DNA of 64,000 nt, taken from the IMG/VR virus record IMGVR_UViG_3300045988_047309, positions 1 to 64,000 of that record. One strand, 5' to 3'. The notes below the pieces were generated by a model that was not told the DNA's origin, searched no databases, and saw only the letters and a program-made list of their open reading frames with translations. This stretch comes from a virus. This document shows, piece after piece, positions 56,736 to 64,000 of the stretch; the first letter of the stretch is position 1, and each line of letters begins with the position of its first letter. Both the position numbers and the translations under genes were made by a program.

Positions 56736-57173
56736 TCAACTATAATTTTGTAAAATGTTATTAAACTCGTCTTCTGTGACACCATTGGCTACCATGACGG
56801 TAAGGATGGTGTCTAAGACCTTAGAATAAACTTCATTAAAGGCTGGCTCATCCATCTTGGCGAAGGAGATAGACTTGGCCTTCTCCAAGAACTTCTGTCC
56901 GTTCAGGTCGTAGAGCGGTTCGCTGAATCCTGACGTTATCAGAAGCTGTTCACGAAATGTATCTACTGAGCGTAGGTTGGTGCGCTGCTGCTCGGTAAGA
57001 CAATCCCATGCCGCTCTGATAAGAGAGAAAAACTTGCGATGGAACTTCACGTTGCGAGGTCGGACGATGTTCGCCTTGACGATTGTTCCAACCTTTATTT
57101 TTTTCATTTCCTCATAATCATCGTCCGAATATGGACGAAGACCAGTAGATGTTCGTACAAGATGGATTTCCAT
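56736..57173 (-). CDS. DUF1367-family phage protein
   Basis: IHLVRTSTGLRPYS...KVGTIVKANIVRPRNVKFHRKFFSLI matches the PRN..FHRKFFALL signature I recall for DUF1367. Confidence 0.6.
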   Translation of the reverse strand: MEIHLVRTSTGLRPYSDDDYEEMKKIKVGTIVKANIVRPRNVKFHRKFFSLIRAAWDCLTEQQRTNLRSVDTFREQLLITSGFSEPLYDLNGQKFLEKAKSISFAKMDEPAFNEVYSKVLDTILTVMVANGVTEDEFNNILQNYS

Positions 57174-57183
57174 GTCTTATGTA

Positions 57184-57582
57184 TTAACGTTGAGGGAATG
57201 GGATATTCCCTTGCTGTGCCCCTCCATACGAAGGTTGCTGATATGGGGTGTTTTGTGGCTGTTGGGGTGCGCCTATCTGACTCTGAGCAACCTGACCGCT
57301 TGGCCGTTCCACCTTCCAGCAGTCCAGTTGATTGAACCATCTGCCATTGGTGCGAGACTGGTTCGCCTTCAAACCGATATGGGCAGTGATAATCTCTCCT
57401 GCCTGGATATTGAATTGCTGCAACTTGTCCGACCCGAACACCTGAAAGACGGATCGTGAAGGATATTGCTGGTTCAATTCCTCTATTACATACTCGCACG
57501 AACTCCATTGTTGTCCGTTTTGCGAAGTGCCCATTTGCACTTGTCCTACGGCAATAATCTTGCCTGTAAAAGTTACATTCAT
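57184..57582 (-). CDS. DUF3127 OB-fold protein, probable ssDNA-binding protein
   Basis: TGKIIAVGQVQMGTSQNGQQW...YVIEE..QYP..V.F.V.G.K...FNIQ.GE......NGRWFN....WKVER fits the Bacteroidetes DUF3127 pattern. Gln/Pro-rich tail. Confidence 0.7.
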   Translation of the reverse strand: MNVTFTGKIIAVGQVQMGTSQNGQQWSSCEYVIEELNQQYPSRSVFQVFGSDKLQQFNIQAGEIITAHIGLKANQSRTNGRWFNQLDCWKVERPSGQVAQSQIGAPQQPQNTPYQQPSYGGAQQGNIPFPQR

Positions 57583-57590
57583 ATTGTTGC

Positions 57591-58508
57591 TTAATTAAGT
57601 TTGATTCTGATTGACGGTTTGGTTTCTACCTCCTTGAGATAATGCTCGTAGTGGTCTGGCTCTGTATCCTTGAAAAGTTTAGTGTCGAAAGTTTTCTTGG
57701 TGGTAGCTTCCACGTAAGAGTATGTACCGATATTGGTCTTGATAGACTTCTGCTTATTCCCTTCCATCAAGCACATCAGCTGCTCCTTGATAGAATCCTG
57801 ACGAAGTTTCAGTGCATCTATTCGTGCCGTGAGAAGTCTGTACTCCTGCTCCAAGGCTGAGAACTGCTCGGGTACTTCCACCTTGTAATGATAGTCTGCA
57901 TCGTCTGTGAGATAAGCGTAGATTAAGTTCGTTATTGTCTCATCAGATACTCTTGGCAGTGGCTGGAACCTGCTCTTGCCATCCTTGAACCACATGCAGA
58001 CAATCTCCTTCACCTTTAGGTTGGGATTCATCTGCTCGAACCATTTGGCATAGATGGATAACTGGAGAGAAACGTTGTTATAGTGCAGGGTGGAGGTGGT
58101 CTTGTAGTCAACAAGGTAGATATTTCCTTCGTTGTCAGCGAACACACCATCTATGGCCGATGCAAAATACTTGTTATCTGTGACAAGATACTCGCTATCC
58201 ACATGATGCAGTCCGTAAGCATGCAGCATATCGCTGAAGTCACGTATCTCCTGTGTCGGATTCGGATATGCGCTTATGTCCGAATCAAAGATGGTACAGA
58301 ATAGCTCAAAGGAGTTGTGAATCATTCCACCACGTTCGGCAGCCTTAGCCAACACACTGTCTGGTATGTCCTTATATGTATCAGGAAAGGCAAACTTGAT
58401 GAGCGTTCCAGTGATACCTGATAGCTGTTTCTTTCCAAGATGGTAGGTGTGGTTGATCTCATCGAACACCACCTTGCTTTTCTTTAGCTTTATTTCCTTT
58501 GTTTTCAT
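57591..58508 (-). CDS. PD-(D/E)xK (RecB/Cas4-like) exonuclease
   Basis: INHTYH, ERGGMIHNSFE, AIDGV, YLVDYKTT and QLSIYA motifs in canonical order. Confidence 0.7.
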   Translation of the reverse strand: MKTKEIKLKKSKVVFDEINHTYHLGKKQLSGITGTLIKFAFPDTYKDIPDSVLAKAAERGGMIHNSFELFCTIFDSDISAYPNPTQEIRDFSDMLHAYGLHHVDSEYLVTDNKYFASAIDGVFADNEGNIYLVDYKTTSTLHYNNVSLQLSIYAKWFEQMNPNLKVKEIVCMWFKDGKSRFQPLPRVSDETITNLIYAYLTDDADYHYKVEVPEQFSALEQEYRLLTARIDALKLRQDSIKEQLMCLMEGNKQKSIKTNIGTYSYVEATTKKTFDTKLFKDTEPDHYEHYLKEVETKPSIRIKLN

Positions 58509-59113
58509 ATTCCTAATTCCTTTCTCTTAGCAGATAGCGTCTGCATGAATTGTGCGTTGCTCATCAACGGCTTGTAGGTCTGCATTACCCATACAAGGTT
58601 GTCCTTGTTCACGCAGCGTGATACCATCTGTATCGCCTCGTTGATGTCGTTAGGGTGATACTGAGGGTCTGAGGTTGCTGGTACGTTATTGCTGCTTTTT
58701 ACTTTTTGCTGGCTTTGCTGGTCTTTCTGGTTTTCAATATTAGTTGTATCGGAATCTGCATTGTCATCAATAGCAAAAAGACCATTCAGTGCATACTTTC
58801 GTGCATAAGAAGATGCAGCCCCAGTAATCTGGCTCCCATCCATTCCCTTCTTGGTTTCTTCCTCTCTTGCATAACCTGTCGTTATTTCTATTTCGCCTTT
58901 GCTGTTTTTGAGAGTAGCGGTTGCCTTTACATATATGCGATTGCCAACCATTTCTATATCGTCTGTCATAACCAGTGTGCAACCAAGATTGGACATTATC
59001 GGCTTAACCGCTTCTAATATATCCTCAACCTTGCGGTACTTGTAGTTGCCAAAAGCATTGAATTGAGATTTCGGTGCTTTAAGCGTTGACTGAATTGTTA
59101 TAAGTTCTTTCAT
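58505..59113 (-). CDS. ERF-family single-strand annealing protein
   Basis: KAPKSQFNAFGNYKYRKVEDILEAVKP...GAASSYARKYALNGLFAIDDNADSD. Confidence 0.75.
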   Translation of the reverse strand: MKELITIQSTLKAPKSQFNAFGNYKYRKVEDILEAVKPIMSNLGCTLVMTDDIEMVGNRIYVKATATLKNSKGEIEITTGYAREEETKKGMDGSQITGAASSYARKYALNGLFAIDDNADSDTTNIENQKDQQSQQKVKSSNNVPATSDPQYHPNDINEAIQMVSRCVNKDNLVWVMQTYKPLMSNAQFMQTLSAKRKELGI

Positions 59114-59124
59114 ACCTTATTATA

Positions 59125-59466
59125 TTAGTTAGTTACACAGATGTCGCAGTCACACGTCCATCCATTGCACTCCTTGATGAGCTTCTTGATTCGCTTGTTG
59201 TTTGGGTCTGATTCCAACTCACCTTGCAGTCTTTTTTTCAACTCTTTGATGAGGTCTAAAGGTGTCATGTAGTCTTCAATGAGGTCTTGCTTGATGCCTT
59301 CCTCATCATCGGAAGAAGAGGTAACCGTAAACGACTTGTCGAGCGTGAATGATGCCGTAACATCGTAGTCCTGATACTCAGGATATTCAGGCTGATTGTA
59401 AGGTGCGAATGGGTCGTTTGCTGCGCCTGGTGGATAATTTCCACTTGTTGAATTGTTCATAAGCAT
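59125..59466 (-). CDS. hypothetical acidic protein (113 aa) with C-terminal CxC..C
   Basis: First ORF after the terminator at 59490-59523. Confidence 0.5.
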   Translation of the reverse strand: MLMNNSTSGNYPPGAANDPFAPYNQPEYPEYQDYDVTASFTLDKSFTVTSSSDDEEGIKQDLIEDYMTPLDLIKELKKRLQGELESDPNNKRIKKLIKECNGWTCDCDICVTN

Positions 59467-59489
59467 AATATTTTAATTGTTTGGCTTTC

Positions 59490-59523
59490 AAAATAAACCC
59501 CACGATTCTCACGAATGGTGGGG
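59490..59523 (-). terminator. intrinsic terminator closing the tRNA / structured-RNA unit
   Basis: CCCCAC..GTGGGG plus ATTC/GAAT stem (59498-59523). On the minus strand it is followed by TTTATTTT. Confidence 0.65.
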
Positions 59524-59597
59524 GAAAATTTTAAATATTTATAAGTTGAGCGGTCGCTACCGCAAAAATGTAAATGTATAGAAATATGATATATCAG

Positions 59598-59998
59598 CGA
59601 AAAAGGGAGCATGTTCCCAGGCTTTTAATTCCATTCATGCTCCCAAAGACACAAGTCGGGCCACGCTTTCGCCTAAGGACATGTGTCTTTAAGTTCCCTT
59701 CTGCATTCCATTGGAGGCTTAGGACTCCCAGTGCTATGTTTCGTACTGGCTGCATTAGAACTTTATTGTAGTTGTGCGCTCCTGCCATTGTGCTACCTCT
59801 TACAAGGGTCTCGGCATCAGGCCTGCTTCTTCACAAGTGAACTCCAAGACGTTCCCAATTCCACCTGTTGCGGTGTAGGTAATAGTCCTGCCACTTCCTC
59901 GTCTAATCGTATGTTGTGGTTGCATACGCTGCTTTTGACTACGAGTACCTCTCAAGGAAGGTTTATCCTATCCGAAACAATGCCTCGGTATCGGGCTT
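59598..59998 (-). ncRNA. candidate large structured RNA (~400 nt) directly 3' of the tRNA
   Basis: No credible ORF and visibly GC-richer than the flanks. Two abutting perfect 9-bp helices (59605-13/59636-44 and 59645-53/59682-90), further 5-6 bp hairpins, and TTTTT after the last helix. Confidence 0.4.
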
Positions 59999-60077
59999 TG
60001 GGACGCAAGGTGGGACTCGAACCCACGACCTCGAAGGATAGGGAACCTTCTGTTCTACCAACTGAACTACTTGCGTC
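59999..60077 (-). tRNA. non-canonical tRNA: His-like G-1:C73 acceptor, encoded CCA, 8-nt anticodon loop UUCCCUAU
   Basis: Hand fold: G-1, ACGCAAG/CUUGCGU acceptor, canonical D arm (GUUC AGUUGGUA GAAC), anticodon stem GAAGG/CCUUC with an 8-nt loop, 6-nt variable region, T arm GUGGG UUCGAGU CCCAC, then C73 and CCA. Confidence 0.7.
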
Positions 60078-60318
60078 AAAGAACAACTACAAAACAATAC
60101 AGGATATTGTGGTGGGTGGAAGTAGTGAGCTTCAAAAAACCTCCACGGATATGACTGATTAATAACGAACTTGATATATTCCTATGAACTTTTGAGGTTC
60201 ACCCACCTTGTTGTTACTTACCCCATTCTTTGAAGGAGCTGTATATCTCGTTGATCAATACGCAAAGCGTTGCGATTGATAATATTAACATGATTGTCGA
60301 AAACATATTCTAATTTTA

Positions 60319-60633
60319 TTAATGTGTTGAACAATAGGCTGCTGCCTCTGATTCTATCTCTGTCATGCTCTTGGAGCGGTTCTGCATCATCCAGTCCTCT
60401 AACTCGCTCTTCTTGAAGTAGAGTCGATTGACGTTCGGCTTGTAGCAAGGTAGGATATGATTTCTTACGTTCATTCTGACTCCTTCTACAGTCATGCCGA
60501 GTATAAATGCAGCTTCCTTGATGTTGAGCATTGACTTAGCTGCTATCATCGAATACTGCTCGATGCGGTCTAACTGCTCTTTAATCTGTGGGTCTATCAT
60601 ATCAGTTGAATTTGATGGTTTACTGACAGGCAC
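60319..60633 (-). CDS. excisionase-family (MerR-like) HTH protein
   Basis: LNIKEAAFILGMTVEGVRMNVRNHILPCYKPNVNRLYFKKSELEDWM. Confidence 0.65.
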   Translation of the reverse strand: MPVSKPSNSTDMIDPQIKEQLDRIEQYSMIAAKSMLNIKEAAFILGMTVEGVRMNVRNHILPCYKPNVNRLYFKKSELEDWMMQNRSKSMTEIESEAAAYCSTH

Positions 60634-61462
60634 CAGTTGTCTTTGACGACTCTGTTCTACCAGTGCCCTTAACTCTGGGAGTGCATTCCTGCTCTATTAA
60701 GGGGAGAATGCCCTTCGCTTTGAGTGCATCATAAAGGAAGATTCTTCCCTTGGTCGTACACTCGGTGTTATACTTCACATCATGTCTTCCGTCTGAACGG
60801 ATGATGTCAACTGCTCTGCTATGAACGTAGCCGCCAGTAAGGAACTGTCCGTACAATATCCACTGACCTCGAACCTTATGCTGGATTCTCATAGATTCCA
60901 ACTCTTTGTTCATTCTCACCGCACTCATTCCGTAGTCCTGCGCTATCTGAGTGATGGTCATGGTGGCATTGCTTTGCAGGATTTGGTCGTAGTAGCTTAC
61001 CTTAGGAAGCATTTCTGTAATCTTGTTCCCAAGTTCCATGTTCTCCTTGCTGATAGTGAGGATGGTTGCTTGCTGCTGCTTGTTCTCCAAGGCTAACTGC
61101 TGCTTCTCTTCTTCTGCCTTGACCAGAGATTTGAGAGCTTCGAGATAGTTTTGAGGGACGGATGGCTTTTGATGTTGCTCCTCCAGTTCCTTCCATCGTT
61201 TAATCAACTTGGCTCTCGCTTCATCGTTGAACTTGGTGGCGATGTAGAGACACTCTTCCTTGTTGAGGGAGTAGCAAGGTCTATCTTGATTGTTTTCATC
61301 TTTGTAAGACCCGAGGGAAAATTTGCCCTCGGCTACTTTTTCCCAAGCTGGCTCCATCTTTCGGATGGATTTCATCACATCAGCATGACGCTTGCCAGTA
61401 ATCTCTGCAATCTGTAGTGATGTCATTCGCTCACCATCTACAATAGTTGAAATTTCATTCAT
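60620..61462 (-). CDS. antirepressor, Rha N-terminal domain plus KilAC C-terminal domain
   Basis: MTSLQIAEITGKRHADVMKSIRKM (Rha) and ITQIAQDYGMSAVRMNKELE...GQWILYGQFLTGGYV (KilAC). Confidence 0.75.
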   Translation of the reverse strand: MNEISTIVDGERMTSLQIAEITGKRHADVMKSIRKMEPAWEKVAEGKFSLGSYKDENNQDRPCYSLNKEECLYIATKFNDEARAKLIKRWKELEEQHQKPSVPQNYLEALKSLVKAEEEKQQLALENKQQQATILTISKENMELGNKITEMLPKVSYYDQILQSNATMTITQIAQDYGMSAVRMNKELESMRIQHKVRGQWILYGQFLTGGYVHSRAVDIIRSDGRHDVKYNTECTTKGRIFLYDALKAKGILPLIEQECTPRVKGTGRTESSKTTGACQ

Positions 61463-61619
61463 AGGGTTCCTCCGTTTTTAAAATCGGGCGGTAGTGTATG
61501 AAACAGAAAGTGACAAATTTTCATTTTATACATTATTATATCTACCGTTGCCCGATTGTAGTTTTTATTTTGTACCTTTGCGGTTGACAAATTTTTATTT
61601 TAACTTAATTCAATTTCGT

Positions 61620-61823
61620 ATGAAACAGCAAAAAGTAATTATGTTCACCTATCAGACAGATAACTTGGATGAGTTGAACGAAAAGATTAATTCTCGTATT
61701 GACAAACTAAATGCTAACGAATGGAGAGTTGTAAGTATCTCTTCTTGTAATAGCACTATCGTTTCTAATGGTATGACACCATTGAACCAAGTTACAGTCT
61801 TTCTACTTGTGGAAGAATCTTAA
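61620..61823 (+). CDS. hypothetical small protein (67 aa)
   Basis: ATG at 61620 lies downstream of a TACCTTTG box at 61573-61580. Confidence 0.45.
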   Translation: MKQQKVIMFTYQTDNLDELNEKINSRIDKLNANEWRVVSISSCNSTIVSNGMTPLNQVTVFLLVEES

Positions 61824-62060
61824 TAATGTTTCTGCATCTTTTACAGAATATGCTACGTTTATGACTCCGTATTGATTCTTTGTTATCCATCCATATTCGT
61901 TTTCTCGGGATGAACAGATACAGAAGATTCTAAGATTCCATTCCCATATTGGCGACCTGTATATCCATTGAAATATTTCTTCAAAATCTACATGGTTGCC
62001 AATATTCTGATACAACTGATGCCTCAGCCATGTTCTGAATAATCTCTTAATCATATTCAC
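61803..62060 (-). CDS. hypothetical protein (85 aa)
   Basis: Lies downstream of the Cro-like gene on the same strand. Confidence 0.4.
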   Translation of the reverse strand: MNMIKRLFRTWLRHQLYQNIGNHVDFEEIFQWIYRSPIWEWNLRIFCICSSRENEYGWITKNQYGVINVAYSVKDAETLLRFFHK

Positions 62061-62069
62061 CTCCTTCTT

Positions 62070-62267
62070 TTAGTAGAAGAGTACCTTATCGACTACGACT
62101 CCTCCGAACTCCTTCAAGGCATCCTGTCTGATGTATTCGGATTGCTTGCTCTGACTTCTAAACCCTAAAGCGTTGTAAATGGTCTCTCTACTGCAACCAT
62201 ACCGCTCGGCAAGTTTTTTCCGTCCTTCACGCGAAACTTTGATAATTTTTATCTTTTTTGCTTGCAT
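62070..62267 (-). CDS. Cro-like small HTH regulator (65 aa)
   Basis: RKKLAERYGCSRETIYNAL helix-turn-helix. Divergent from the CI-like gene. TACCTTTG -7 box on the minus strand at 62327-62334. Confidence 0.6.
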   Translation of the reverse strand: MQAKKIKIIKVSREGRKKLAERYGCSRETIYNALGFRSQSKQSEYIRQDALKEFGGVVVDKVLFY

Positions 62268-62341
62268 AACTTAATTTTTTGTTGTATTTTTGCTTTTAAT
62301 AATTAAGCACTAATTGATTACGAGTGCAAAGGTATATAATA

Positions 62342-62359
62342 TCTTGCAAAAATGCAAGA
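62342..62359. promoter_or_regulatory. operator palindrome TCTTGCA-AAAA-TGCAAGA
   Basis: 18-mer in the divergent intergenic region. An identical copy sits at 62655-62672. Confidence 0.6.
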
Positions 62360-62374
62360 CTTTTGTCGAAAAAG

Positions 62375-62390
62375 TTGCGCAAATTTGCAA
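62375..62390. promoter_or_regulatory. related operator-like site TTGCGCAAATTTGCAA
   Basis: Contains the perfect 10-nt palindrome GCAAATTTGC and a TTGCAA half-site. Confidence 0.45.
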
Positions 62391-62421
62391 TATTTAATTA
62401 TGGTATAAAAATGTAAAATGT

Positions 62422-62805
62422 ATGGAAGTATCTGTAATTGAACGTATTAACGTTGTTTTAAAGCATTTTTGTAAAACTCCAAATGGCCTTGCAAATATGC
62501 TTGAAATGATTCCGAGTACGGTTAATAGACAATTAAAAGGAGACCAAGCTTTGTCATCTAAGGTGATAGAGGGAGTCCTTTCTGTCTTTCATGACGTTTC
62601 TGCCGAATGGTTATTGCGTGGAAAAGGCGAAATGCTTATTAGTGAACAAATGACTCTTGCAAAAATGCAAGATACTAAAGGAAGAGAATCTGATGTAGTA
62701 GAACATGATTCTGTCTGGAAGGCGAAGTACGAAGCTATTAAGGATTGCTACGATATGTTGGTGTCTAATCTTGGCGGTGTTATGGGTAAGAGAAGTGTAG
62801 GATAA
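62422..62805 (+). CDS. CI-like repressor (HTH, 127 aa)
   Basis: PNGLANMLEMIPSTVNRQLKG...AEWLLRGKGEM is typical of Bacteroidetes phage-repressor HTH proteins. Confidence 0.65.
   Translation: MEVSVIERINVVLKHFCKTPNGLANMLEMIPSTVNRQLKGDQALSSKVIEGVLSVFHDVSAEWLLRGKGEMLISEQMTLAKMQDTKGRESDVVEHDSVWKAKYEAIKDCYDMLVSNLGGVMGKRSVG
62655..62672. promoter_or_regulatory. second copy of the 18-nt operator palindrome, inside the CI-like gene
   Basis: Identical TCTTGCAAAAATGCAAGA, 313 bp from the first copy. Confidence 0.55.
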
Positions 62806-62821
62806 TTAATGTGTGGTAGGT

Positions 62822-64000
62822 ATGAAAAGAGTAATGTTTGTTTTGTCTTTTATGTTAATTAGATTATGTGTTTTTTCACAAACAGTTATAGAAATGACAA
62901 AAGATGGTGGTGTTTTTACGGTTCCGTGTACAGTTAATGGCTATAAAGTTAGTATGATATTTGACACAGGAGCATCCGATGTTAGTCTGTCTTCTAAGGT
63001 TGCGTCTTATATGTTCCGTAATGGATTGTTGCGTGAAACAGACGTTATTGGCGAGGGGTCTTCTACTATTGCGTCTGGTGAAAGTATAGACCATATTGTT
63101 GTTAAAATAAAAAGATTAGAGATAGGTGGTATTAAAATTGATGATGTCGAGGCTGTTATATTGGATAGTCAAAGAGCACCTTTATTGTTAGGTTTGTCTG
63201 CAATTCAGAAAATTGGTAAGGTTGGTATAGATGGGAACAAGCTTATTATAAATAAATCAACGGCAAATTATAGCCCTGAGTATATAGATAAAGTATATGA
63301 AGGTTTAGAATCTAATTTTTCTTCTGGAAGTTATAGTATGATTATTCATCAAATGGAAGATTTTAAATATAAAAACCTTTTAACGGATAAAGGCTACAGA
63401 TACTTAGCAAGATGTTATCTTAGTACACATAAAGATAGAGAGTGTATTGATGTATGTAACGAATGGATTGATGACCCTTATATATATTTGTCAGACGATT
63501 CTTATTTCTATTCATATTATTATCGAATGATAGCCTATGATGGTTTAAAGGATAGAGATAACACGATATTATATTCGGAAAAACTGATAGATTGTATTGA
63601 GCACAAGGGACAATACTTATCTCTTTCCTCTAATTTGTTGAATGAACTTTTGGGAGATGCATATTATATGCAAGGCTTTGCATATTACGACAAAAATGCG
63701 TACACGTTAGCAAATTCTTGTTTCGAGAAAAGTTTGTCTGTATTACAAGATAGATATGGCTTATCCAAAATAGATGTACTTGATGGAAAAGGTCGAGTTA
63801 ACGATACAATAGGAAGTTGTTTTCTTATGATGGCAACTATTTCTCAGAAACGAGGTGATTATAATGGGTATATTTGTAGTTTGGTTTTTGGCGCAATGTC
63901 TGGCAATGATGTAACCATAAATCATTGCCGTTTAAATAACATTGATTATATAACAAAATCAAAAATCTTAAAAAATCAAATACAAAGTTTGGGGATAAAA
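62822..64000 (+). CDS. secreted retropepsin-like aspartic protease with helical-repeat C-terminal region (partial, runs off the window)
   Basis: Hand translation gives 393 codons with no stop. Signal peptide MKRVMFVLSFMLIRLCVFS, then VSMIFDTGASDVSLS (D-T-G-A). The ATG is 16 nt after the CI-like stop. Visibly AT-rich. Confidence 0.7.
   Translation, partial: MKRVMFVLSFMLIRLCVFSQTVIEMTKDGGVFTVPCTVNGYKVSMIFDTGASDVSLSSKVASYMFRNGLLRETDVIGEGSSTIASGESIDHIVVKIKRLEIGGIKIDDVEAVILDSQRAPLLLGLSAIQKIGKVGIDGNKLIINKSTANYSPEYIDKVYEGLESNFSSGSYSMIIHQMEDFKYKNLLTDKGYRYLARCYLSTHKDRECIDVCNEWIDDPYIYLSDDSYFYSYYYRMIAYDGLKDRDNTILYSEKLIDCIEHKGQYLSLSSNLLNELLGDAYYMQGFAYYDKNAYTLANSCFEKSLSVLQDRYGLSKIDVLDGKGRVNDTIGSCFLMMATISQKRGDYNGYICSLVFGAMSGNDVTINHCRLNNIDYITKSKILKNQIQSLGIK

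Noticed and set aside
59999-60077. The tRNA as an attP / integration-site remnant or part of a tmRNA
   Set aside because: The tRNA is complete with its own CCA. It is flanked by phage genes on both sides, there is no integrase nearby, and no tag ORF or split acceptor typical of tmRNA.
59683-60162. Plus-strand 159-aa ORF
   Set aside because: It runs antisense through the tRNA and the helix-rich region. It has Cys/Leu/Ser-rich composition and no neighbouring plus-strand genes.
1-64000. Searched by eye for CRISPR arrays, reverse transcriptase / DGR repeats, integrase, rRNA and transposase ends
   Set aside because: I saw no regularly spaced repeat arrays, no YxDD-type ORF, no tyrosine or serine recombinase motifs, and no long terminal inverted repeats.

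Overview
The window reads as most of a tailed dsDNA phage or prophage of a Bacteroidetes host. The host call rests on repeated TTTG / TAnnTTTG promoter boxes, no Shine-Dalgarno sequences, and DUF3127- and DUF4376-type genes. Layout: 1-770 is a structured non-coding control region. 2.0-19.1 kb holds two Gln-rich virion-type ORFs and one 15.3-kb ORF (5,086 aa) that looks like a polyvalent protein, with zincin, pyrophosphatase-like and C5-methyltransferase modules joined by a recurring KFSL[KR] linker. 19.1-20.8 kb is a small accessory island containing a TAG-interrupted ORF. 20.9-45.2 kb is the structural, packaging and lysis region: tail fibres, TerL, a minimal rhomboid protease, scaffold, major capsid, portal, holin, GH19 endolysin, a spanin-like ORF and a 973-aa structural protein. 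45.3-59.5 kb is a dense minus-strand early region: a ThyX-like gene, a C5-methyltransferase split into five overlapping ORFs, VRR-NUC, DUF1367, DUF3127, a PD-(D/E)xK exonuclease and ERF. 59.5-60.3 kb is an ORF-free, helix-rich stretch containing a non-canonical tRNA. 60.3-62.8 kb is a lysogeny-type control region: excisionase-like HTH, Rha/KilAC antirepressor and divergent Cro-like / CI-like genes with palindromic operators. From 62.8 kb an AT-rich secreted retropepsin-like gene runs off the window. No integrase, CRISPR array, reverse transcriptase or rRNA was seen. All calls come from reading motifs by eye; no database search was run.
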